NCBI RefSeq assembly: GCF_006345805.1
Contig: NW_021834076.1
Span: forward strand, 1-27,121
Source: Octopus sinensis
Taxonomy: Eukaryota
DNA: 27,121 nt
Reading direction: 5' to 3'
Shown in pieces: positions 10,726 through 20,434 of the stretch (position 1 is the first letter of the stretch; every line of letters starts with the position of its first letter). Below the pieces are notes generated by a model that worked only from the letters and a program-made list of their open reading frames with translations, did no database searches and had not been told where the DNA came from. Position numbers and translations under genes: made by a program.

Positions 10726-11754
10726 TCACGCGCTGAGACTGCGCATCATCAACCACGACATGCCTAGTCCTCCTTTTAACAGGTGTTGACAGTAAATGTA
10801 TCGCCTACCCATCGGGGCGCATCCTTTCCACAAGAAGCGAAAGACAATGCGCTCTAGTTTGGTGATGGTAGGGTCGGGACAAGGCACGACGGTCAGGTGG
10901 TAGTAGATGACGGACGCGATGTACTTGTACGCCACCTCCACCCGACATTTTAGGGACAGTTTCCCTTCGGCCCATTGCCGAATGAGAGTGACCTCCCTAC
11001 TCGTTATCTTGTTCCAGTTCTCCATTTGGATGTCCGGACCAAACCAGACCCCGAGCAACTCGACCGGACCGTCGGTCCAGCGTCCCACGACGGAGGCGCT
11101 GGTGGACGGCATGGGCTTGCTTCTCCAGGTGCCGAGCCGCAAGCCCAGTAACTTTTCCCGGTTGATTTTCGCTTCTGTCACTGCTTCGTACTTTTTCAGT
11201 GTCTCGCCGACCTGCTCGATGTGCTGGTGGCTAGACACTATGACGGTGACGTCGTCCGCATATGCAAACACGCTCGTCCCGCACCCCAATTCTCGCGGGA
11301 TGCCCCTCAAAGTTGCCAGCTTCCGCAATAATGGCTCGAGAGTCAATACGTAGATAAGCGACGAGAGGAGGCATCCCTGAAGGACCGAAAGTGCAATGTC
11401 GAAAGGTCTTGATAGATATCCATTTACGCGAATTACCGAAGGGATACCTCTGTACAAAGCGGCTATCCAGCCGCGGAAGACGGGACCGAAACCAGTCGCT
11501 CTGAGGACAGCCTCCAAGTATCGATGGTCTACCCTATCGAAAGCTTTCGATTGATCCAAATTGGTCAGGGCCCCACCCATGCCAGGTTCCTTAACTACCC
11601 TGTCTATGATGTAGCGCATCAGATGGAGGTTCTCATGGATGCTCCGGCCCGGCACGGCAAACATTTGCGCCTTGTCGACCAGTTTGTCGATGACAAGCGC
11701 CAACCTCTCAGCTAACACCTTGACCAAATGTTTCAAGTCTGCATTAAGTAGAGT
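10726..11754 (-). pseudogene. Non-LTR reverse transcriptase domain (ORF2 fragment)
   Basis: Part of the 422-aa ORF. The first roughly 80 aa of that ORF are microsatellite and flank read-through; no endonuclease domain is present. Confidence 0.9.
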
Positions 11755-11870
11755 ACAGACAGACAGGTAGATTGAGAGACAGACAGACTGAAAAGCAGGC
11801 AGATAGATAGATAGATAGATACATACATACATACATACATACATACATACATACATACATACATACATAC
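11755..11870. repeat. (GACA)/(GATA)/(CATA)n microsatellite
   Basis: Direct reading of the sequence. Confidence 0.9.
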
Positions 11871-12877
11871 GGTTATTGATCATTACATATATTATGAATA
11901 CGTTGTTAGTATACATTTCACACACGCAGAAAACTCCAGGCATACGCGAACGCATACTAGAACAAGGACCGCACAAACTGGCTGAAGGATGCATTTACAT
12001 GTTCGGGTAATAATATTCAAGTCTTAAGAAAAAGGGGAAAAGTGAGCTTTAAGAGCGTAATGAAGCAGAGATGATGGTCGTGACGCGTTGTTTCAAAGAT
12101 TTTTTTTCAAAGTTTCGATAATGAAACTTAATCTAAAATAATATATTTAATATAATTTTAAAAAGATAAGTCGCGTTAACAGTGAGAATGACTACAACAA
12201 AGCGCGTGAACTTACAAATATATCTAGTTTAATCGTACAGAACTGATAGATGAATGGCTTAAAACCTGTAGAAATCCGGAAGGATACGAATAGAAATGAA
12301 AAAGTCTTTATCAACGAGAACAAAATGTTGAAGTAAATGGTTTTTATCGAGTTTTAGCATTGAAAAAGTGTCAAACAGAAAATGGATAACGTAATAAATT
12401 ATCAAAAATTTTGAAAATGGTATGTGATTTTATTGTGATTCAATATATTCCATTTTGCTGATGCTGTTCAAAAAGTTCAGATTACATAACACATGAGGCA
12501 GTGAAAGATTAGAAATATAAAAAATAAAGATGAGAGAAAAAATAGGAAACGAACGAAAAAGAAAAACCACCTAAGTGAAATCTGCAAAACGGTTTTTTTC
12601 TTTTCTGTGTTCGAAACAATATATTTTTCAAAACAAAGCAGAAGCAAAATGCTAGCTTCCTTTCCGCTCAATTATTACCATAAGAGCTGTGTTCGGATGG
12701 GTTCGCGTATTCTGGAATAGTCTATTATGTTTGAAAAGGAGTTCAAGACGATTCTTTCGAAAGGAAACATATTCGAATATTCTAATGAAAATTTTTTGGT
12801 AGACAGATAAAAGTCTTCTCATACGTGAAAAGTTATGTCTTAAATATATTTTCCGTTACATTAATGCACGCCTTCTA

Positions 12878-13277
12878 GGGCGGCGAGCTGGCAGGGTCGT
12901 TAGCACGCCGGGCGAAATGTTTAGCGGTATTTCGTCTGCCGCTACGTTCTGAGTTCAAATTCCGCCAAGGTCGACTTTGCCTTTCATCCTTTCGGGGTCG
13001 ATTAAATAAATACCAGTTACACACTGGGGTCGATATAATCAACTTAATCCGTCTGTCTCTCCTTGTTTGTCCTCTCTGTGTTTAGCCCCTTATGGATAGT
13101 AAAGAAATAGGTATTTCGTCTGTCTTCACATTCTGAGTTCAAATTCTGCCGAGGTTGACTTTGCCTTTCGTCCTTTCTGGGTCGATGAAATAAGCACCAT
13201 TTACGCACTGGGGTCGATATAATGGAGTAGTCCCCTTACCCAAAAATTTTCAAGGCCTTGTGCCTAGAGTAGAAATA
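12878..13277 (+). mobile_element. Dimeric SINE family A: full monomer (12878-13110) plus a headless monomer with a different tail
   Basis: A-box-like GAGCTGGCAGGG and B-box GAGTTCAAATTCC; body repeated from 13110; degenerate TSD ATTAATGCACGCCTTCTA / ATTAATACACTTTTTCTA. Confidence 0.88.
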
Positions 13278-13825
13278 ATTAATACACTTTTTCTAAATGT
13301 TGCAGCTGTCGATTCACGCTGTCATTATTTTTTCCCTTTTTTAAATTTAAACTGCATTACTTTACAAGGGCTTTTAAAATTAGTTTTGATTCATATTCAA
13401 GTGGGTTTATTTCTACACTTATGACTGACTTACACGTGCAAGTTGTTAAAAGTTATTTCCTTTATCTTTTTTATTGTTGTAACGTTACCTTATTAATTTT
13501 CGTCGGGTTCTTTTTTCTTCTTTTGCCTGTTGATTGATTTTGTTATTAAATCATTTATCTCTAGATCATCATTGGTTTTCCTTAATTAATTCGTATGCCA
13601 TTTTTAGATATTTTGTAGATCAAGTTATCATTACGATTTCTCTATCGTGTTATTCCCCTAAGCTTGATATTCTCAACGAATGAAGTGGTTCTGGTACTGC
13701 TAATATTAGTCTGCTTTCCCATGTCTTTAGAAAGCTTCTCTAAATTGTTATCCGTTTCGTTAATTAATGTTAATAATACAACGATGTAGCGAAATCATAG
13801 AAAGAAAGTATACAATGAATAACCA

Positions 13826-13867
13826 CTCACACACACAAACACATACACACACACACAAACACACACA

Positions 13868-13901
<34 letters not shown>

Positions 13902-13985
13902 AACACACACACAAACACACACACAAACACAAACACAAACACACTCACAAACACACACACACACAAACACACACACACATACACC
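13826..13985. repeat. (CA)n/(CACAAA)n microsatellite
   Basis: Direct reading of the sequence. Confidence 0.95.
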
Positions 13986-13993
13986 TACACGTA

Positions 13994-14300
13994 AAAATCT
14001 TCTTTGATCATGGATGACCACGGGATTGCACCTAGAAAGTTACCCTCCAAGGCACAAGTCCAGACAAGATTCATCATGGAAAGCCAGCAGTCACCCATGT
14101 ATACCAGCAACCAGTGTTGTCCAAGGGAAAGGCAAAGGCCGATACAGCTTGGCACCAGTGACGTTGCAACTGATTCTTATAGCAGAGTGAACTAGAGCAA
14201 CCTAAAATAAACTTCCTCGCTCATACAGACCAGTCCCGGAACTGAACTCACTGCCATATTATTGTCAGCGCAATGTTCTAACCACTGACCTACGTGTCTT
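13994..14300 (-). mobile_element. Diverged tRNA-derived SINE (family C)
   Basis: The minus strand starts with A-box-like TAGGTCAGTGGTTAG and B-box-like GAGTTCAGTTCC; about 300 bp, non-coding. Confidence 0.65.
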
Positions 14301-14358
14301 AACACATACATTTACACACACACAAACAACCACACACAATTATATATATATATATATA

Positions 14359-15372
14359 CAGGGTGCAGGGAATAAACTGTCGTCTAAATTAAGCAAAAGG
14401 GAAAATAACACTGACATCTCATTTTAAGAGATTTATTTACCAAAATTACATAAAAATATATTGGAAAACGAATGAGTAAGTTTATTGAATAAAATCGCCA
14501 TTGGCTTCAACCACAGCCTCCAGACAACGTTGGAATCTACAATTCTTCTGGGAAGTCTCCTTAAGTCGATGAAGGCTGCTATAACCCTGCCTTCAGTTCA
14601 TATTTGGTGTTGCAAGGAGTTTTGTTGGTCTCTCGCTCAACTGCGCCCTACGCATAATAATCAAGGCGGTTGTCGTCTAGGGAGTTAGGTGGCCAGATGT
14701 TAGGGGCGACGTGGTCGTAGAAATTGCCTGACAGCCATGACTGGGTTCTCCTGCTTGTGTGGGATGGTGCAGAGTCCTGTTGTCGGACATAGGATCTTCC
14801 AGCATCCAACCTGTTGACCCAAAACAGTACTACCTCTTCCAGGCAATAGATGTAGACTTCCGTGTTCAATCTGAGGTCATGTGAGAAGATGAATGGAGGC
14901 CCTTTCTCATCTTGTATGAGGAATACCGAATCATGCACTACTTGCTTGAAAACAAACTCAAACATCCCCATGCCTTTGGTGATGGACCTGATTGACTTGG
15001 ACGGATAGCCTGGATCTCACCAACAAATACAAGAGATCTTTTCTTATCAGAACGACCAGAGTGAGTTTTCCTCGCTACCGGACATTCATATTCTCCATGA
15101 GACGCATCTTTCCGAATTATCTGCACTGTCCACAGATTGACACCTAAACACTCTAAAATGCACGTATTGGAGCTTCCGGCGAAAATGCCAAGCAGTACAG
15201 CATGTCATTTCCAGGTTTCTGGCAGAGTGAATTGCGTCTTGGTGCTCTTTTTCTTCACATACGGTGCCCAAATGACCCTGCTATACTGTGTAGTCGACAA
15301 AATCAAAATCAAGCAAAGTGCATGCGCGAAATTAAAAATATAAAATGGTGACAATTTACCCATCGTACCCTG
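14359..15372 (-). mobile_element. Tc1/mariner superfamily, maT (DD37D) remnant with both TIRs
   Basis: TIRs CAGGGTGC... / ...GTACCCTG with TA on the left. QQDSAPSH...WPPNSLDDNRLDY has 37 residues between the second and third Asp. Frameshifted and internally deleted. Confidence 0.88.
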
Positions 15373-15395
15373 TGCGCACACACACATTTATATTT

Positions 15396-15475
<80 letters not shown>

Positions 15476-15574
15476 GCAGGCAGACAGACAGACAGACAGG
15501 CAGACAGACAGACAGACAGGCAGACAGACAGACAGACGTACGGACGGACGGACGGACGGATGGATGGATGGATG

Positions 15575-15646
<72 letters not shown>
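15396..15646. repeat. Compound tetranucleotide microsatellite GATA-GACA-GGCA-GGAC-GGAT-GATA
   Basis: Direct reading of the sequence. Confidence 0.95.
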
Positions 15647-16174
15647 TACAATCAATTCAAGGATGTCAAGTCCTCATTGGGGATTAAATAATCGAACATT
15701 TCCACTGACTAATCGCTATCATATACGAAGAAAGTCTCAATGATATGTTAGGTATTATCATAATAATACATATTTCTATAGTAAGGTATATATTAATACA
15801 TATAGTAATACATATTGTAACACATAATGGAGAATTATAGATGCATAATTAAACTTCTTAGTACTTCGCTTGCTTCCTTTCAAGAAATATGTTAATCTTT
15901 GTTGTATAAGCTCACAAACCCTCATGAGATTATGCCCCACATAGTTGAAACTGAGGACCAAGTCTTAATATTTGACGCTACCCAAAATGCTTAGAATTGC
16001 GAATTACCTACGGTCATGAATGGAAACATATACGTAGGTTTTTGGCATCTGCCATTTCTTTTTTTTTTTTTGAGCTTTTTAATTTATAATTTCTTTTGTT
16101 GTTTTTTTTAAATTTCAGCCTCATAAATAAATCAATTATACGTCCATAATTCGCCATTTTCTTTCTTTCATTAT

Positions 16175-16178
<4 letters not shown>

Positions 16179-16226
<48 letters not shown>
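16179..16226. repeat. (TA)n microsatellite
   Basis: Direct reading of the sequence. Confidence 0.95.
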
Positions 16227-16229
<3 letters not shown>

Positions 16230-16948
16230 TGGCTATTGTGTAGTCTATATTAGCGTGTAGTTTCTTTTGAATTGATTTAAATATTTATTTTTGAAATGAA
16301 ACACACCTTGAAATGGAATATTACTCACGCATTTCATGTGATTATAATTCATCAATATTCAACGACACACTCCACTCATAACCTATTTTCAGTTTACATT
16401 TTGTTAATATAAATTTTGTTTTCACATGGTTTTCCACAGAAATTTTCAATTATCATTATATATCTCCATTATTAAAGATGTTTTTTTTTTTTTTTTTCTG
16501 CGAGCTAGTTTCTCTTTTAATTATGTGATACATTTTAACTCTTTGTAGTATTTCCTTGTTTGTTTGGCAATGGATATTGTAAATGTTAACACGCGTTTCA
16601 ACTAATCTGGCGTCGTGTTTGACAATACGAAGTGCATTTAATAAATCAACGGACGTTTCGCACAAACTGAAAACCATAAACCATCACCAAATCTTCAGGT
16701 AGAATTAATATGACATTATATCGGTGATTACTAGAGTTAAAGTTTGAATTAAAGTATATATCATTCCAGTAAACATTCTACTGTGTACCGTTTTCCTTGA
16801 CACGTGATAGAATCAGTGCTGGTCATTATTATTGCGAAGTGAACATCTTAACTATGCAGGCATACCTGAAAACACATACAAGTTCGGATTCGCTCATACA
16901 TATATACATACACACTCAAATATAGAACTCATACATATATGTAGTATA

Positions 16949-17185
16949 TATTTCTTTACTGTCCACAAGGGGCTAAACATAGAGGAGATAAACAAGGACA
17001 GACAAAGGGATCAAGTCGATTACATCGACCCCAGTGCGTAACTGGCACTTATTTAATCGACCGCGAAAAGATGAAAGGCAAAGTCGACCTCGGCGGAATT
17101 TGAACTCAGAACGTAACGGCAGACGAAATACGGTTACGCATTTCGCCCGGCGTGCTAACGTTTCTGCCAGCTCACCGCCTTTACT
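16949..17185 (-). mobile_element. Full-length SINE family A with an 18-bp TSD
   Basis: Reverse complement of 12878-13110; TSD ATACATATATGTAGTATA at 16931-16948 and 17186-17203. Confidence 0.93.
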
Positions 17186-17354
17186 ATACATATATGTAGT
17201 ATAGTCAACATCTCATGTGACTCAAAATTATCATGATAGCAAGTAAGGTACCAGAAAGTTTAGAATGTGTAATACTTGCAATATTTATGCTTTCAGTCGT
17301 CTTACGTTCTGAACACAAATGTTACCCAGTTTCTACCTTGATTCCATATACCCA

Positions 17355-17589
17355 TTTCTTTACCACCCACAAGGGGCTAAACACAGAGAGGACAAACAAG
17401 GACAGACAAACGGATTAAGTCGATTACATGGACCCCAGTGCGTAACTGGTACGTAATTAATCGACCCCGAAAGGATGAAAGGGAAAGTCGATCTCGGCGG
17501 AATTTGAACTCAGAACGTAGCTGCAGAGACGAAATACTGCTAAGCATTTCGCCCGGCGTGCTAACGATTCTGCCAGCTCGCCGCCCTTA
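17355..17589 (-). mobile_element. Full-length SINE family A with a 14-bp TSD
   Basis: Same family; TSD ATTCCATATACCCA at 17341-17354 and 17590-17603. Confidence 0.93.
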
Positions 17590-18465
17590 ATTCCATATAC
17601 CCAGGATCCGTCTGCGTGTTGTTTACAGTCGATTCAGAGGAACGTTTCTTTCGAGCGAGTCGATTTGGCGGCTCGATTTTGTTCATCATTTGAATTACAT
17701 TTCATTCAAGTATGTAATTAACACGCTGAGAAACATCACAACATTCTGTTTCTTATATAAATAGTAATATTTTATTCACCAAAACAAATCGATATTCTGG
17801 TTACAACATGCTAGTTATATTGCTACAATTGACAACAAACTATATCCAAATTTTCATATATATTATAAAATTCATAAGCATTAAACGAAGAGTCTATTTT
17901 GAAACGTTATCTGCTATTTAAAATTTAACATCAGTTTATTATGTTTCAACATATAAAACATTATGCCCTGTCACAACTCTGTTTCCCCCGACTCTGCATT
18001 ATCATACTGATACGACAAAGACACAACTCAACTGCGACATGAGAAAAAGAGCGAAAAATGTTTAGAGTGTTAGATTATATAGACAAATTGGTTAGTGCAA
18101 GACTGAAAGTTTGGATGTCAACGGCTTGTGTGCAATGTAGACAGGAGACTAGTTTCTTAAAAATAGAAATGAAGTGAAAAAACAGTAAATCAGAAGAAAA
18201 CGTTTGTAGAAACGGAGCTTTACAACAGACGGGAGATTAGAGAGGTAATGTGAGAAAATAAAGGCATAGTGAATGAGCAAATTATAGACCGAACGACTGA
18301 AACAAAAAGGAAAGCGAAAGGGTGCAAGAGGGAGAAATTTCTGTATGGTCTGGAAACTGGGAATGTTGCAAGATGAAGTGAACACCTAATGGCAGAATAT
18401 CATTTCAGTAAAATTTATCAAACACAAAGAGAGCAAGGAAAAATACGATGTAGGCTCGTGGATTG

Positions 18466-18539
18466 AGGCGAATAACACTGGAGATGATTGGAAGTAAGGC
18501 GAATAACACTGGAGATGATTAGAAGTAAGGCGAATAACA
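18466..18539. repeat. 31-bp minisatellite, about 2.4 copies
   Basis: AGGCGAATAACACTGGAGATGATT(G/A)GAAGTA in tandem with no spacers. Confidence 0.9.
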
Positions 18540-18656
18540 ATAATTGAATAAAGAATAAATGAAACGCAAGAAGGAAATGCAAAATATACCAAGGCTTGAA
18601 TTTATATTATTAAAAGGTAGAAATATACCCCATCATTTTTGACGGGTACTACTCTA

Positions 18657-18660
<4 letters not shown>

Positions 18661-18703
<43 letters not shown>

Positions 18704-18741
18704 ATATATATGTATATATATAGAAAGAGAGAGAGAGAGAG
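18661..18741. repeat. (TA)n(GA)n microsatellite
   Basis: Direct reading of the sequence. Confidence 0.95.
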
Positions 18742-18744
18742 ACG

Positions 18745-18930
18745 CCATGTTAGATCGTTAGCCACTACACACATTTTTTCTCTCCTTGTTTTTTTCTGTG
18801 TCCCTTTCTGTAGAAGAGCGTAGGCTCGAAGCGTAAAATACTTTTTCTATTCCTGAGCGTTATACTAATACATATGTTTGTTTTGTACACCACCTGTCTT
18901 CGTTTTTTGTTTTCTTCGTAAACTCTCCCT
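18745..18930 (+). mobile_element. Short PLE-terminal-repeat-like element (same family as 1-420) with a decayed hammerhead-like motif at 18804-18839
   Basis: CTTT-CTGTAGA-A-GAGC(GTAG)GCTC-GAAG-CG-TA-AAAT; collinear with 240-420; ends in (TA)n. Confidence 0.65.
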
Positions 18931-18950
18931 ATATATATATATATATATAT

Positions 18951-19510
18951 AGTTATCAGTAATAATATAGGGTGAAATTAATTAATTTGGAATAATCATT
19001 AATTTTACCAAGTAGATTTCGGCATGTAAAAGCCTCATTCGAGGAAAGTTTAAGTAATACTAAGTAATTAAGGGTTTAGCAACGATTTGCCTCACCACAC
19101 ACCGAATTTAGAAATAGCAGTCAAAGAGTTATAGCTATTCTTTCTACTAAAAGGGAGATCTCAGTAAAACCGCAGCACTTGAAAGGCAAACACAAACAGG
19201 CAAGAGAGAAGGAAATGACTGCAATCTATCATACAATTTTAAGTCACCTACGGACGTACGTTTCGAAATTAAGTTTTAGGAAAGCATAAGAATTAGATAA
19301 TTATGACTTACCCAACTTCTTTTCTCATCAGCGTAGGACACAACAATTATGAATAATTGTATATTAAAGTTCGTGTGCATATGTCTGTTTGTGTGGGTTT
19401 GTGTATAGGTGTGAATTTGTGTGTGTTTGTGCCTGTGTGTTTTTGCGTGTCGGAGAGCTTAATATGTGATAATAGGTCTGTTTGATTCTCTGAATCCCTA
19501 TGTTTCATAT
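18951..19510 (-). mobile_element. Hammerhead-bearing non-coding element between (TA)n tracts (PLE terminal repeat or retrozyme-like)
   Basis: Contains a canonical hammerhead at 19247-19337; bounded by (TA)n on both sides; no ORF. Confidence 0.7.
19247..19337 (-). ncRNA. Type I hammerhead ribozyme with an intact core and extended stem II
   Basis: Minus strand reads CCTACG-CTGATGA-GAAA[about 52 nt]TTTC-GAAA-CGTACG-TC-CGTAGG: perfect 6-bp stem I, canonical core, palindromic ACGTACGT stem III, GUC cleavage triplet. Confidence 0.88.
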
Positions 19511-19521
19511 AATATATATAT

Positions 19522-19554
<33 letters not shown>

Positions 19555-19835
19555 TATGATTAATAAATATTAGGGAATAAATCCAAATTTACAGGGAAAA
19601 ATCAGATTTAGGATTGAATCCAATTTTATAGTAAAATATTAAGATAATATTAATTAGAGACAAAACCACTATTATGCAAATCAAACAAAGAAAGACTTAA
19701 TCCAATACATAAAAAAATTTATATAAATTAAATATAATTAAGATTAATTAAAATATCCACTACGATCGTTTCTTGTCATTTCAATGGACATTCATCTAAT
19801 TAATTAATGAATTAATTGTCTCTAATTAATATTAT
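19555..19835 (-). mobile_element. Third hammerhead-motif element between (TA)n tracts, 5'-truncated with an inverted segment
   Basis: Minus strand 19796-19756: GATGA-A-TGTC(CATTGAAAT)GACA-A-GAAA-CGATCG-TA-GTGGA. Perfect 20-bp inverted repeat at 19644-19663 / 19816-19835. Confidence 0.6.
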
Positions 19836-19847
19836 ATATATATATAT

Positions 19848-19848
<1 letters not shown>

Positions 19849-19933
<85 letters not shown>
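19849..19933. repeat. (GATA)n microsatellite
   Basis: Direct reading of the sequence. Confidence 0.95.
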
Positions 19934-19934
<1 letters not shown>

Positions 19935-19935
<1 letters not shown>

Positions 19936-20345
19936 GCGCTGGAGTGGCTGTGTGATAAGTAGCTTGCTAACCAGCCACATGGTTCTGAGTTAAGTCCCAC
20001 TGCGTGGAATCTTGGGCAAATGTCTTCTGCTATAGCCTCGGGCCGACCAAAACCTTGTGAGTGGATTTGGTAGACGGAAACTGAAAGAAGCCTGTCGTAT
20101 ATATGTATATATATATGTATGTGTATGTATATGTTTGTGTGTCCGTGTTTGTCCCTCTAGCATTGCTTGACAACCGATGCTGGTGTGTTTGCGTCCCCGT
20201 CACTTAGCGGTTCGGCAAAAGAGACCGATAGAATAAGTACTGGGCTTACAAAGAATAAGTCCCGGGGTCGATTTGCTCGACTAAAGGCGGTGCTCCAGCA
20301 TGGCCGCAGTCAAATGACTGAAACAAGTAAAAGAGTAAAAGAGTA
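19935..20345 (+). mobile_element. Full-length tRNA-derived SINE family B with an internal microsatellite
   Basis: A-box TGGCTGTGTGA; highly similar to 24173-24587; ends in (AAAAGAGT)n. Confidence 0.92.
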
Positions 20346-20379
20346 TATATATATATATATATAAACACACATATATATA

Positions 20380-20410
<31 letters not shown>

Positions 20411-20434
20411 TGTATGTATGTATGTATGTATGTA
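20346..20434. repeat. (TA)n/(TATG)n microsatellite
   Basis: Direct reading of the sequence. Confidence 0.9.

Larger units (their letters stand above)
10057..11754 (-). mobile_element. 5'-truncated Tx1/L1-clade LINE (ORF2 RT, C-terminus and 3' UTR), internally deleted
   Basis: RT motifs TLLNADLK, GRSIHEN, LDQSKAFDRVDH, QGCLLS, YADD, INREK. A separate C-terminal piece (FFKYHLKR...KRW) ends near 10446. The 3' UTR ends AATAAAGAAAC, with microsatellite on both sides. Confidence 0.92.

Noticed and set aside
10907-11353. 148-aa plus-strand ORF
   Set aside because: Antisense to the RT frame
18466-18539. 31-bp direct repeats of CRISPR-like length (also 10146-10245)
   Set aside because: Head-to-tail with no spacers, eukaryotic context and no cas genes
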